Shown piece after piece: positions 38,470 through 48,626 of a DNA stretch of 64,000 nt; position 1 is the first letter of the stretch, and every line of letters starts with the position of its first letter. The stretch lies in NCBI GenBank assembly GCA_964411275.1, contig CAYPKG010000004.1, positions 672 to 64,671 on the forward strand, read 5' to 3'. The notes beneath the pieces are model-generated. The model made no database searches. It saw nothing but the letters and a program-made list of their open reading frames with translations, and was not told where the DNA came from. Made by a program: the position numbers and the translations under genes. The stretch comes from an uncultured Oscillospiraceae bacterium (GTDB taxonomy: Bacteria > Bacillota > Clostridia > Christensenellales > CAG-138).

Positions 38470-39789
38470 TTATTCCTCTGTTTTTAGCCCGATGGCGCAT
38501 TCCGTGCGCTTACATTCGAACGCGCAGGTGATTTCATGGGGCTTCATAATATCCCCATTGTATTTGTAGGCGTTGGCCGCGCAGCCGCCAGAGCAGAAGT
38601 ATTTTGCCCAGCAGCTTTGGCATTTTACTTTGGTGCGCACGGTGCAGCCCGCAAACGCCGTTTGCAGCGCCGTATCAAATGTGCCCGCAAGCACATTACC
38701 CATGGAGAAACCCTCTTCCCCCACGAACTGATGGCAGGGATAAATGTCCCCGTCCGGGGTGATGGCCACATACTCGGTACCCGCGCCGCAGCCGGTGATG
38801 CGCTTTCTTAGACAGGGGCCGTTGTCAAAATCCACCATGAAATGAAAGTAATTAAACCATTTGCCATCAGCAATGCTCTCTTGTAAAAACGCCGTGAGCC
38901 GGTCGTATTCGTCCAAAACGGCTCCCACATGCTCCTCCAGGATGGCGTAGGGGCTGTCGGGAGCGAGCACCACAGGTTCCATGGAGATTTGGGTAAAGCC
39001 CGCATCCCGAAGGGATTTTACATCCTCTGTAAAGTCCAGATTGCGGTTGGTGAACGTGCCCCGGACATAATGCTCTTTTTCACCTCGCGCTTTTACCATT
39101 GCCTGGGCGTTCTTTAACGAGATGGCATACGAACCCTTGCCGTTGATGGCGGGGCGCATGGCGTCGTGCACCTCGGGACGGCCGTCGAGGCTCAAAACGA
39201 TGTTGTGCATTTCCCGGTTGAGATATTCGATCTTGCTCTGGTCAAGCCCCACGCAGTTGGTGGTCATTGTAAAGCGGATTACCTTATTGTGCTTTCGCTC
39301 AAGCATCCTTCCATATGCGACGATGGCTTTTACCACCTCGAAATTCAAGAGGGGCTCGCCGCCGAAGAGATCAACCTCCAGGTTGCGGCGAGAACCGGAT
39401 CGCGCGATAAGAAAATTCAGAGCCGCTCTGCCCACCGCTTCGCTCATCAGCATCCGGTCGCCATGAAACTCGCCGGTGGACGCAAAGCAATACCTGCAGC
39501 GCAGGTTGCAGTCGTGGGCCACATGCAGGCACATGGCCTTGATGACCTGCTCCTGCTCTCTGGGCGCGGGGGGTGTAAGAGGCTTGGAAAGGAACATGCC
39601 TTCTTCTTGAAGTTGAGAGAACTCCTCCAAAATCTCCGCGACCTCTTGTGCAGCCCCAGCAGTATACGGATCAAGCCCTGCCTCGATAGCCTTAGCGACA
39701 TGATAGGCCGGTTGTGTCAGCTCATGCAGCGCGCCGCTTTCCACGTCCAGCACAATATATCGGTTTTGAAACTGAAATGCGTGAATCAA
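38470..39789 (-). CDS. scfB: radical SAM/SPASM thioether-forming SCIFF peptide maturase
   Basis: CNLRCRYC radical SAM motif and a C-terminal SPASM Cys clusters (CGAG...YPCHQF, CQSCWAKYFCSGGC). Lies directly downstream of the SCIFF precursor. The TTG at 39789 with a GGAGG RBS is the preferred start. Confidence 0.85.
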   Translation of the reverse strand: MIHAFQFQNRYIVLDVESGALHELTQPAYHVAKAIEAGLDPYTAGAAQEVAEILEEFSQLQEEGMFLSKPLTPPAPREQEQVIKAMCLHVAHDCNLRCRYCFASTGEFHGDRMLMSEAVGRAALNFLIARSGSRRNLEVDLFGGEPLLNFEVVKAIVAYGRMLERKHNKVIRFTMTTNCVGLDQSKIEYLNREMHNIVLSLDGRPEVHDAMRPAINGKGSYAISLKNAQAMVKARGEKEHYVRGTFTNRNLDFTEDVKSLRDAGFTQISMEPVVLAPDSPYAILEEHVGAVLDEYDRLTAFLQESIADGKWFNYFHFMVDFDNGPCLRKRITGCGAGTEYVAITPDGDIYPCHQFVGEEGFSMGNVLAGTFDTALQTAFAGCTVRTKVKCQSCWAKYFCSGGCAANAYKYNGDIMKPHEITCAFECKRTECAIGLKTEE

Positions 39790-39843
39790 TGCCTTCCTCC
39801 ATACGTCCCATAGGACAGTGATGATCAAAACTTACAAACAGTG

Positions 39844-39870
39844 ATAGGGCGGGCAAACTGCCCGCCCTAT
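39844..39870 (-). promoter_or_regulatory. GC-rich hairpin between scfA and scfB (partial terminator / mRNA-stabilising stem)
   Basis: ATAGGGCGGGCA / TGCCCGCCCTAT 12-bp stem 17 nt after the scfA stop. Only a weak U-rich tail follows (CACTGTTTGTAAGTTTT). Confidence 0.6.
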
Positions 39871-39886
39871 TGACACATGCTATACT

Positions 39887-40030
39887 TTACTTTCTTTCCT
39901 TCTGGCAGCTCTGATTGGCCACAGTGCAGCTGGTTTTGCATGCGGACTGGCAGCTGGCCTGGCACTCGCCGCAACCGGTTTGGGCGTCTGCCTTGATGCA
40001 GGGCTTCTGGATGGTTTTAATATGCTTCAT
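39887..40030 (-). CDS. scfA: SCIFF (six-cysteines-in-forty-five) ranthipeptide precursor
   Basis: 47 codons: MKHIKTIQKPCIKADAQTGCGECQASCQSACKTSCTVANQSCQKERK. GGGAGGA RBS 8 nt upstream of the ATG at 40030. Not in the ORF track (under 60 aa). Confidence 0.88.
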   Translation of the reverse strand: MKHIKTIQKPCIKADAQTGCGECQASCQSACKTSCTVANQSCQKERK

Positions 40031-40068
40031 TTCGGTATCCTCCCGTAATCAAATCAATATCAACGGAT

Positions 40069-40097
40069 ATTATACAACATATATGGGATGGGGGCAA
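40069..40097 (-). promoter_or_regulatory. candidate promoter of scfA
   Basis: Minus strand TTGCCC (40097-40092), 17-nt spacer, TATAAT (40074-40069), about 38 nt before the scfA ATG. Confidence 0.5.
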
Positions 40098-40120
40098 GCC
40101 TGGCTTCTTCAACCGGAGCT

Positions 40121-41326
40121 TCAGGCAAGGGCAATTCGCGCGGTATCCCGGGCGATGACCATTTCCTCGTCCGTGGGGATGACAAACACTTTCACCTTGC
40201 TTCCAGGCTTTGTCAGCTCAACTTCCTCACCGCGGGGACAGGTCTTGTTGTATTCGAAGTCCATGTCGATGCCCAGGTAATCCATGTCCTTAAGCACCAG
40301 CTCCCGCACGCCCCGGTCGTTTTCGCCGATGCCCGCCGTAAACACAATGGCGTCAACGCCGTTCATGCTCGCGGCATACGCGCCAATGTAACGCTTGACC
40401 TTATAGGCGAATGTTACAAGGGCTATGTCGGCCCTGTCGTTCCCGGCATCCGCCGCTTCCCGCAGGTCGCGGAAGTCGGAGGACACGCCGGAAATGCCCT
40501 TTACGCCGCTCTTTTTGTTCATGTACGCGTTTACGCCCGGGATGTCGAGGTCAAGCTTTTCCATAAGATACGTCACAATCGCCGGATCCATGTCACCGCA
40601 GCGGGTACCCATGGGCACGCCTTCGAGGGGGGTAAAGCCCATGGAGGTATCCACGGATTTGCCGCCCTTTACCGCTGTAATGGAAGAGCCGTTGCCCAGA
40701 TGGCAGGTGATGATCTTGGTGTCCTCCGCCGGCTTGCCCAGCTTTTCAATGGCCCTGCCGGACACGTACAGGTGGGACGTGCCGTGGAAGCCGTAGCGGC
40801 GAATCATCAGATCGGTATAGGCCTCATAGGGCAGGCCATAGAGAAACGCTTCTTTCGGCATTGTCTGATGGAACGCAGTGTCGAATACGCCAACCATGGG
40901 CGTATCCTGCATCAGCGCCTTGCATGCCCGCACCCCCATGAGGTTGGCGGGGTTGTGCAGGGGCGCAAGTTCCGTGAGCTCTTCCACCGTGGCGATCATC
41001 TCGTCTGTGATGAGTGCGCTGCCGGTAAACTTCTCGCCGCCATGAACCAGCCGGTGCCCCACTGCCGCGATTTCATCCATGGATTTAATCACGCCGATTT
41101 CAGGGTCGACCAGCGCGTCAAGCACCATCGAAACCGCGTCCGTATGATCCTTCATGTCCTTTTGGAACTCGTGATCGCCTTTTCCAGCGGGCTTGTAAAT
41201 GAGCTTGCTGCCGCTTATACCGATACGCTCGCAAAGGCCCTTTGCGATAACGCTTTCATCCTCGATGTTGATGAGCTGGTATTTCAAAGAGCTGCTGCCC
41301 GCGTTAATGACAAGAATGTTTTTCAT
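40121..41326 (-). CDS. ackA: acetate kinase
   Basis: [16 protein letters not shown]-terminus; 401 aa; follows pta. Confidence 0.95.
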   Translation of the reverse strand: MKNILVINAGSSSLKYQLINIEDESVIAKGLCERIGISGSKLIYKPAGKGDHEFQKDMKDHTDAVSMVLDALVDPEIGVIKSMDEIAAVGHRLVHGGEKFTGSALITDEMIATVEELTELAPLHNPANLMGVRACKALMQDTPMVGVFDTAFHQTMPKEAFLYGLPYEAYTDLMIRRYGFHGTSHLYVSGRAIEKLGKPAEDTKIITCHLGNGSSITAVKGGKSVDTSMGFTPLEGVPMGTRCGDMDPAIVTYLMEKLDLDIPGVNAYMNKKSGVKGISGVSSDFRDLREAADAGNDRADIALVTFAYKVKRYIGAYAASMNGVDAIVFTAGIGENDRGVRELVLKDMDYLGIDMDFEYNKTCPRGEEVELTKPGSKVKVFVIPTDEEMVIARDTARIALA

Positions 41327-41342
41327 ACTACCTTCCCCCTCC

Positions 41343-42341
41343 TTACATATCCTGCGCCTGCACGGCGGTGATTGCCACGACGCTTACAATGTCCTCCACA
41401 GAGCAGCCCCTGGACAGGTCGTTGATGGGCCGGGCAAAGCCCTGGCATACGGGGCCGATGGCCTCCGCGCCCGCAAGCCGCTGCACCAGCTTGTAGCCGA
41501 TGTTCCCCGCCTGGAGGTCCGGGAATACCAGAACGTTTGCCTTGCCCGCCACAGGGCTTCCGGGGGATTTGAGCTGGCCGATTTTTTCCACCAGCGCCGC
41601 GTCCGCCTGCAGTTCGCCGTCCACATTGAGCGCCGGCGCAAGTTCTTTTACCAAAGCGGTGGCGTTTACAACCTTGTCCACCAGCTCGTGCTTGGCGCTG
41701 CCCTTTGTGGAGAAGGAAAGCATGGCCACCCGGGGCTCGATGCCGCAAAGGGCTTTCGCTGTGGAAGCGGAGGAAATGGCGATGGCCGCCAGCTGCTCGG
41801 CAGTGGGATTGGGGTTCACGGCGCAGTCCGCAAACACCAGCACGCCATCGTCGCCATAGTCTTTATTGGGAAGCTCCATCAGGAAGCAGCTGGATACAAC
41901 GGAAATGCCCTTTGCCATTTTCACAATCTGAAGGCCCGGCCTTAACGTGTCGCCGGTGGTGCAAACAGCCCCTGCTACCATGCCGTCCGCCGCGCCCTCT
42001 TTCACCATCATGGCGGCAAAGAACATCGGGTCTTTCATGGTTTGTGCAGCTTTTTCCGGCGTTACGCCCTTTGCCTTGCGCATTTCATAAAATTTGTCCG
42101 TATACGAGCCAAGGTCTGGGGAAGCAACGGGGTCGAGTATCGATACGCCGGAAAGGTCCACATGAAGCTTCTCGGCGCTTTTACCAATTTCTTCGGCATT
42201 GCCCAGCAATGTAATGTCGGCAAGCCCTTCCTTTACGATGATCGCGGCCGCCTGTACCATGCGTTCTTCCGGGCCCTCGGGCAACAGAATATGCTTTTTG
42301 TTTGATTTGGCCTTGGCTTTGATCCCATCCATTAACGACAT
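41343..42341 (-). CDS. pta: phosphate acetyltransferase
   Basis: 332 aa PTA_PTB domain (short Firmicute form); pta-ackA order. Confidence 0.92.
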   Translation of the reverse strand: MSLMDGIKAKAKSNKKHILLPEGPEERMVQAAAIIVKEGLADITLLGNAEEIGKSAEKLHVDLSGVSILDPVASPDLGSYTDKFYEMRKAKGVTPEKAAQTMKDPMFFAAMMVKEGAADGMVAGAVCTTGDTLRPGLQIVKMAKGISVVSSCFLMELPNKDYGDDGVLVFADCAVNPNPTAEQLAAIAISSASTAKALCGIEPRVAMLSFSTKGSAKHELVDKVVNATALVKELAPALNVDGELQADAALVEKIGQLKSPGSPVAGKANVLVFPDLQAGNIGYKLVQRLAGAEAIGPVCQGFARPINDLSRGCSVEDIVSVVAITAVQAQDM

Positions 42342-42494
42342 GTGCTTGACTCTCCTTCCATATTGAAAACAGTAAATTGTGGATTGCTGCTGAAATTATA
42401 ACATAATTTTATGAACCCGTGCACATAAAATCCATATTTTAAGAATAATTCTTCCGCTATTCTGTGATACAATAACAAAAAGGAGGCATGCGCC

Positions 42495-43706
42495 ATGAAA
42501 ATCGCTGGAATTATCGCCGAATACAACCCCATGCACAATGGGCATGTTTACCACATTTCTCAAACCCGGGAGGCCACCGGCTGCGATTATCTCATGGTCG
42601 TCATGAGCGGGGATTTTGTGCAGCGGGGAGAGCCGGCCATTGCAGACAAGTTCACCCGCACACGCTGGGCATTGGAGGCGGGCGCAGATCTTGTGCTGGA
42701 GCTTCCCAGCGCCGCTGCTGTGGCCAGCGCCGAACGGTTTGCCCGTGGCGGCGTACAAACCCTTTGCGCAACCGGCGTGTTGACCCATCTTTGCTTTGGC
42801 AGCGAGCTTTCGGACGTGGACGCCCTGTGCGCCGCGTCAGAGCATCTCGCCAAGGAGCCGCCAGGGTTTAAGGCCGCATTAAAGGAGCAGCTTTCCCTTG
42901 GAAAATCCTATCCCCGGGCAAGATATGACGCTCTGGAGAGCTGCGGCGCGCCAAAGACGCTGCTTGAGGCGTTGAAATCTCCCAACAGCATACTCGCCAT
43001 GGAGTATATCCGCTTTTTGCGGCAGTTTGGGCCTGAAGTGATCCCCGTGGCAATCGAGCGGCTGGGCAGCGGCCACGATCAGCCGGGACTAGGCGGCTTT
43101 GCCAGCGCCAGCGCGATAAGAAACGCGCTTTTGGCTGGGGACGCGGATGTGTACGAAAGCATGCCCATGTATGTAGGCGGCCGGTTTGCCCTTGGCCAAA
43201 TCCCCCCCATCAGCCTTAACGAGGCGCAGGAACTGATATTGTACGCCCTTTTACGTATGTCGCCGGAGGAATTAAGCAACCTCCCCGACGTGCAGGAGGG
43301 GTTTGAAAACGTGATTTACCGGGCCGTGCGCCAAGCTTCCTCGCTGGACGAGCTGTACGCGGAGCTAAAAAGCAAGCGGTATACCCTTGCCCGCTGCCGG
43401 CGGATCGCCCTGTGCGCGCTGCTTGGCATCGACAAGGCGCTGCTGCAGACCTCTATGGGCGAGGAGGGCGCGGGGTATCTGCGGGTACTGGGCTTTCGCC
43501 GGGACGCGAGGCCGCTATTATCCGCCATTTCCCACCATGGCAGCATGCCGCTCATCATGCGCTATTCCGATCAGATGGGCTGCTCCCCCGCCGCCCAGGC
43601 ATTGTTGAAGCTGGATATCGAGGCGCACAACATCTACGCCCTGTTGCTTGGCAAGCATGGGGAAAGCATTCCGCGGGATTTTAAAAGCCCGCCGGTGATG
43701 ATATAA
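42495..43706 (+). CDS. tmcAL: tRNA(Met) cytidine acetate ligase (YlbM/UPF0348 nucleotidyltransferase)
   Basis: GIIAEYNPMHNGHVYH HIGH-like motif at the N-terminus; about 400 aa. Confidence 0.8.
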   Translation: MKIAGIIAEYNPMHNGHVYHISQTREATGCDYLMVVMSGDFVQRGEPAIADKFTRTRWALEAGADLVLELPSAAAVASAERFARGGVQTLCATGVLTHLCFGSELSDVDALCAASEHLAKEPPGFKAALKEQLSLGKSYPRARYDALESCGAPKTLLEALKSPNSILAMEYIRFLRQFGPEVIPVAIERLGSGHDQPGLGGFASASAIRNALLAGDADVYESMPMYVGGRFALGQIPPISLNEAQELILYALLRMSPEELSNLPDVQEGFENVIYRAVRQASSLDELYAELKSKRYTLARCRRIALCALLGIDKALLQTSMGEEGAGYLRVLGFRRDARPLLSAISHHGSMPLIMRYSDQMGCSPAAQALLKLDIEAHNIYALLLGKHGESIPRDFKSPPVMI

Positions 43707-43722
43707 CCATAGTTAAATACAA

Positions 43723-44529
43723 TCATCCGTGCCTGAGAGAAATCCCCTTTTCCTCCAATAGCTCCTTAATCCGGGGCATCGCCTCCTGTGCGGCCCGCCG
43801 ACCTTCGTTGATGGCCTGATCCGCAAGCTCTGTGTCAAACCATTTCATATAGTTCACCCGCGGGTAGATCACCAGGTCTGCCGACTGGGTGCGCAAATTC
43901 GTGATCTCCCGCTGCATGATGGAAGTGCTTTGATCCACCACTGCCATCATCGTTGGCGGGTCCAGCGTGATGACCTCCCCATTCCAACCAACATCAACGC
44001 CGATCACCACATCCGCTCCCATGTCCTTTAATTGGCCGCAGGGCACGCAATCCAATACCCCGCCATCCACCAGCAGCCGTCCGTTGAGGCGGACAGGGGT
44101 GAATACCCCGGGGATGGACATGCTGGCGCGCACCGCGTCGTGAAGGGGCCCCTCGGTGAGATTGAGAAGCTCTCCTTTTTCCACGTCCACCGCCGTGCAT
44201 ACATAGGGGATGTTCGCCTGCTGAAACGTCTTGTTGTGGGTGAATATGCGAATAAGCTCGTGGAGCCGCTCCCCCGACATCAGCCCGCCCTTTTGCGGCC
44301 TGGGCAAATCAAGAAAATCCCGGCTGGTAACGGTGGAAAAATACTTGCCCAGCATTGTCATGTCACCGCCCACGGCGTACACCGCGCCCACGATCGCCCC
44401 CACGCTGGAGCCGGAGATCATATCGATGGGCACACCATATTCACGAAACACCTGCAATAAACCAATATGCGCAAATCCTTTCACGGAGCCCGCGCCCAGC
44501 GCCAGCCCAACCTTTTTCGCTTTGGTCAT
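43723..44529 (-). CDS. patatin-like phospholipase family protein
   Basis: GAGSVKG oxyanion motif, GSSVG nucleophile elbow, DGG motif. ATG at 44529 with a GGAAGGAG RBS. Confidence 0.85.
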   Translation of the reverse strand: MTKAKKVGLALGAGSVKGFAHIGLLQVFREYGVPIDMISGSSVGAIVGAVYAVGGDMTMLGKYFSTVTSRDFLDLPRPQKGGLMSGERLHELIRIFTHNKTFQQANIPYVCTAVDVEKGELLNLTEGPLHDAVRASMSIPGVFTPVRLNGRLLVDGGVLDCVPCGQLKDMGADVVIGVDVGWNGEVITLDPPTMMAVVDQSTSIMQREITNLRTQSADLVIYPRVNYMKWFDTELADQAINEGRRAAQEAMPRIKELLEEKGISLRHG

Positions 44530-44625
44530 GACAAGCACTCCTTCCACATATATTTTACCCGAGTGAGTAAGTGTTTTGATGAGTACCGGAAATCTTATGA
44601 TTTCGGGTGATGGGAGGAAACCGTA

Positions 44626-45738
44626 TTGAAACGAATGATCGCCGTCCTCGCCTTCGGCGTGTGCATCCTGCTGTTGCTGTTTTCGGGGCCGGTTATGGAT
44701 GCCGCCCAGGATGGGCTTACCCTTTGGTGGAAGGTTGTCCTGCCCACCCTGTTTCCATTCTTTGTCTGCGCCACTTTAATCGAGCGCTCCGGCGCGCTGG
44801 CATCCCTATCGCGCTTGTTTGCGCCCCTGTCAAAGCTACTGAGGGTCTCCCCCTATGCCCTGCCAGTGCTGCTGTTGGGGGGCATGGCGGGCTATCCCTC
44901 CGGCGCGCGGCTGACGGGTATGCTGCAATCGGAAATCTCCTCTGCCGAGGCGGACCGGCTGGGAACCGTGTGCAACCTGTGCAGCCCCATGTTTTTGCTG
45001 GGCGCGCTGTGCACCGGGATGCTTGGAAATTCCGCCCTGTTTCTGCCCCTGCTCATCGGTCATTATGGAAGCGCTCTTCTCGTCATGGTATTCCTAAAGA
45101 TAGTGTGCCCCATCCCAAGCAGCAATGTAAGGATCATCCGCGTATCTCCAGCTCAGCCGGTTTTGCAGGCGCTTCCCACCGCCATTTCCGACGGGGTTCT
45201 GGGGTTGATCAAGGTGGGTGGCAGCATCGTGTTTTTTCTCGTCCTCGCAAAAATATTGTCCATTACCGGGATACTTCGCCTGCTCTGCTTGCCAGCGTCG
45301 TTTGTTTCGGATACGGCAGCCTTGGCTGCCCCCGGACTTTTGTGCGGCATGCTGGAAATGACAGGGGGCTTACACATGCTGTCCGCGGCAGGATTGCCCC
45401 TTCGGTTAACGGCAGCGCTTAGCGCGTATCTCGTGTCCTTTGGCGGCCTTTGCGTCATGGTCCAAGCGATGGCGTTCTTATGGTATGAGCGTCCGGGAAC
45501 TTATATTCTAACGAAACTTGCCCAGGGCGTCCTGGCGGGGCTCATCACATGGTTCGTATTTCCCCTTCTCCCTGGCACGGCTCAAGCGATAGCAGGGCCT
45601 GATGCGGCATTTTATATGGAAAACGCGTACGTTGGCCTTTCCCTGCTGTTTTCCAGCGCTCTCGGGCTTTCTATTCCCCTTTTGCTTTCCCGTGTGGCGC
45701 GAAGGCGCAAGGCTACTCGACTAAAGTCAGGCGCTTGA
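44626..45738 (+). CDS. ylbJ: sporulation integral membrane protein YlbJ (nucleoside-recognition-domain family)
   Basis: Multi-pass membrane protein with an N-terminus like YlbJ (GLTLWWKVVLPTLFPFF). TTG start 8 nt after GGAGG. Confidence 0.7.
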   Translation: MKRMIAVLAFGVCILLLLFSGPVMDAAQDGLTLWWKVVLPTLFPFFVCATLIERSGALASLSRLFAPLSKLLRVSPYALPVLLLGGMAGYPSGARLTGMLQSEISSAEADRLGTVCNLCSPMFLLGALCTGMLGNSALFLPLLIGHYGSALLVMVFLKIVCPIPSSNVRIIRVSPAQPVLQALPTAISDGVLGLIKVGGSIVFFLVLAKILSITGILRLLCLPASFVSDTAALAAPGLLCGMLEMTGGLHMLSAAGLPLRLTAALSAYLVSFGGLCVMVQAMAFLWYERPGTYILTKLAQGVLAGLITWFVFPLLPGTAQAIAGPDAAFYMENAYVGLSLLFSSALGLSIPLLLSRVARRRKATRLKSGA

Positions 45739-47461
45739 CCGCCGCCTCGTCCGGGGTAATGTAAATGGTGCGGTTGGCGGTGTATATCACCATCCCCGGC
45801 TTTGCGCCGGAGGGTTTTTTCACATACTTCCGGGGGCAATAATCCACCGGCACCGAGGCGGAGGCCCTGGCCTTGCTGTAGAATGCAGCCAATGTAGCCG
45901 CTTCCCTCAGTGTCCGCTCCGGCGGCTCCCCCTCGTGGCGGATGATCACATGCGAACCAGGGATGTTTTTCGTGTGCAGCCAAAAATTTTCCCCAGTGGC
46001 GAATTTTAGCGTCAGGGCATCGTTTTGCGCATTGTTTTTGCCCACGTACAGGTCAATCCCGTCGCTTGACATATAATGATGGGGCTTGGAGGGAGGGCGC
46101 TTTTGCGGCTTCATCCGGGTGTTCTGGCGCTTGGCGTAACCTTCTAGCTCCAACTCCTCCCGGATTTCTGAAAGCTCCGCGTCGGTGCTGCATTTTTGCA
46201 GGTTGTCCTGCTGCCCTTCCAGATACGCGATCTCCTCCAAGGTTTGTCTTCGCTGCTCCACAGCCAGCGCCTTGGCAGCCTTGCCCTTTTGATACTTCTT
46301 AAAATACCGCTGGGCGTTCTCCTGGGGGGACAGCCGTTCGTCCAGCGCCACCAGAACGGGCGCGGGGGGATCCTCGTAATAATTCATGAGCTTTGCCATG
46401 CGTTCCCCGCGCTTGATTGCGTGAAAGTTTGCGGTAATCAGCTCCCCAAGCAGCCGGTATTGGTCAAGGCTTTCCTGTTGGTTGAGGGCGGTTTCAAAAA
46501 CCGAAAGTTTTTTTTGGCACCGCTCCAGGTTGTTTTGCAGCACCTTTTGCAGCGCTGTGCTGCGTCTGCGGATGCGCTCCAACACATTCCGTGTTTCATA
46601 GTATACATCCAGCGCAGTCCCCATATCCGGCATGGCTCTGAGATATTGGTTCGGGATAGCCGGGCGAAAGGGATGCACGGCAACAGGCTCGTGCAAATCG
46701 TTATACACCAGCGTCGGCGAAAACCGGCCCGCCGCCGCATCCTGATAGAAGGCGCTTAGACTCTTGGAAAGCGCCTTCCGGTCTTCATCCGACAACCGCG
46801 CCGCGTCCATGTCCCCCTCCTCCACCACGCGCCCGCACAACAGCGCGGCATACGCAGGAGACAGGCCAAAAAAAGCGTTGGACAGCAATTTATGGATCCG
46901 GCCAGGGCCAGAAAGCGCCCTTTCAAAATCCTCCGCCTCGCACTCACGGGGGTCGCGCTTGTCCTGCTGGGGCGGCAGCGTGTAATTTAGCCCCGGCAAG
47001 AGCAGCCGGACGCTGGACATGCCAGCGCCCACATGCCGGGCGCAGTCCAGAATGACGCCCTGCTCGCTTAAAAATATGATGTTGGAATGCCGGCCCATCA
47101 GCTCTACAATCAGTTCAACCCGGGTCAGGTCCCCTAATTCATCCTGTACCTGTGCCGTGAGGCGCAACACCCGGTCAAGGCCCGGCTGCTCGATGGCGGC
47201 AATCCGTCCGCCGCTGAGCCGTTTTCGCAGCAGCATGCAAAACGCGGGAGGTTCTGGCGGGTTGGGGAATTGGGCGGCCGTCACCTGTACCCGGCCGTTT
47301 TCCGGGTGAGCACAAAGGAGCAGCCGATGATTGCTGCCCCCAGAACGGATTGTCAGCAGCAACGCGTCCCGCTCCGGCTGCTGTACCTTATCGATTTTTC
47401 CCCCAACAAGCCCCTGTAGCTCATGCGTGACTGCCAGCAGGGAAAGCCCATCCATGGACAT
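45713..47461 (-). CDS. rqcH: NFACT-family ribosome quality control protein RqcH (FbpA-like)
   Basis: 582 aa, with an NFACT-N domain, coiled coil and NFACT-R region (NAQNDALT...WLHTKNIPGSHV). Confidence 0.85.
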   Translation of the reverse strand: MSMDGLSLLAVTHELQGLVGGKIDKVQQPERDALLLTIRSGGSNHRLLLCAHPENGRVQVTAAQFPNPPEPPAFCMLLRKRLSGGRIAAIEQPGLDRVLRLTAQVQDELGDLTRVELIVELMGRHSNIIFLSEQGVILDCARHVGAGMSSVRLLLPGLNYTLPPQQDKRDPRECEAEDFERALSGPGRIHKLLSNAFFGLSPAYAALLCGRVVEEGDMDAARLSDEDRKALSKSLSAFYQDAAAGRFSPTLVYNDLHEPVAVHPFRPAIPNQYLRAMPDMGTALDVYYETRNVLERIRRRSTALQKVLQNNLERCQKKLSVFETALNQQESLDQYRLLGELITANFHAIKRGERMAKLMNYYEDPPAPVLVALDERLSPQENAQRYFKKYQKGKAAKALAVEQRRQTLEEIAYLEGQQDNLQKCSTDAELSEIREELELEGYAKRQNTRMKPQKRPPSKPHHYMSSDGIDLYVGKNNAQNDALTLKFATGENFWLHTKNIPGSHVIIRHEGEPPERTLREAATLAAFYSKARASASVPVDYCPRKYVKKPSGAKPGMVIYTANRTIYITPDEAAVKRLTLVE

Positions 47462-47464
47462 ATG

Positions 47465-47779
47465 TTATTCCTCTTTTCCTTCCTCTTGCGCCATCCGGTC
47501 CAGTATCAGCCGATATCCCCCCGCGCCGTATGTCAGGCAGCGGTTGACCCGGCTGATGGTGGCGGTGGATGCGCCAAGGCGCTGGGCAATTTCCTGGTAG
47601 GTCACGTTGTTTTCCAGGAGCTTTGCCACCTCCAGCCGCTGGCTGATGGCCATAAGCTCCGAGATGGTGCAAACATCCTCAAAAAAGCGATAGCATTCCT
47701 CTTGGTCTTGCAGCAGTAAAACCGCCTCAAACAGCGCGTCCATTTCCCTGCTTTTGAGCTTGCTCACATATCCTTCCAA
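47465..47779 (-). CDS. YerC/YecD family TrpR-related DNA-binding protein
   Basis: 104 aa, with the pattern EECYRFFEDVCTISEL...QRLEVAKLL...TYQEIA..LGASTATISRV. Confidence 0.8.
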   Translation of the reverse strand: MEGYVSKLKSREMDALFEAVLLLQDQEECYRFFEDVCTISELMAISQRLEVAKLLENNVTYQEIAQRLGASTATISRVNRCLTYGAGGYRLILDRMAQEEGKEE

Positions 47780-47808
47780 GATTTCACCCTCCTTTCATGA
47801 CGATACTG

Positions 47809-48576
47809 TCAACGGAGTATATGGTTGCGTAGTACGCCGATGCCGCCCACTTCCACCTCAATCACGTCGCCCTTTTGCATGGGGCCGATGCCGGCAGGCG
47901 TCCCGGTGGCGATTACGTCTCCCGGCAGCAATGTCATAACCCTGGTGATATAATACACCAGCTTATCGATGTTGTGTATCAGCTTTTCGGTATTGGAGCT
48001 TTGCTTGACCTCGCCGTTTAAGCGGCTTTCCACAGACACGTGAAAAGGATCGAGCTCAGTCTCAATCCATGGCCCGATGGGGCAAAACGTATCGTAACTT
48101 TTGCCTCTTGTCCATTGGCCGTCGCTTTTTTGGATATCCCGGGCAGTAATGTCATTGAGGCAGGTATATCCAAGCACAACGTCCTGATATCCACCCATAG
48201 GCACGTCCTTACAGCGCTTTTTGATGACGATGGCAAGCTCAGCCTCGTAGTCAAGCCGCTTGGAGTCCGGGGGATACGCGATGCCATCCTCTGGGCCGAT
48301 GACGCAGGTGCTGGGCTTAAGGAACAGCAATGGCTCCTCCGGCGGGCTTCCTTCGTTCATTTCCATGGCATGGTCATAGTAGTTTTTGCCGATACAGACC
48401 ACCTTGGAAGGCTCTACCGGTGCAAGCAGCCGTACCTCGTCCAAAGAATACGTGCGCTTGTCCTTGATAATCTCCACAAACGGATGGCATGCCAGCCGAT
48501 ACAGCCTGTCATCCTTGAGTTGCGCATAAAATATTTCCATTCCTTTTTCTACACGGCAAATACGCATTTTCTTCAC
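47809..48576 (-). CDS. fumarylacetoacetate hydrolase family protein
   Basis: 255 aa; FAH-fold motifs (GKNY.DH, EAELA.VI, GD.I.TGTP.G). Confidence 0.85.
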   Translation of the reverse strand: MKKMRICRVEKGMEIFYAQLKDDRLYRLACHPFVEIIKDKRTYSLDEVRLLAPVEPSKVVCIGKNYYDHAMEMNEGSPPEEPLLFLKPSTCVIGPEDGIAYPPDSKRLDYEAELAIVIKKRCKDVPMGGYQDVVLGYTCLNDITARDIQKSDGQWTRGKSYDTFCPIGPWIETELDPFHVSVESRLNGEVKQSSNTEKLIHNIDKLVYYITRVMTLLPGDVIATGTPAGIGPMQKGDVIEVEVGGIGVLRNHILR

Positions 48577-48626
48577 CCTCTTCAGTTATATTTTAACACG
48601 TTACAGTATGAAAGCAATGGCTATTT

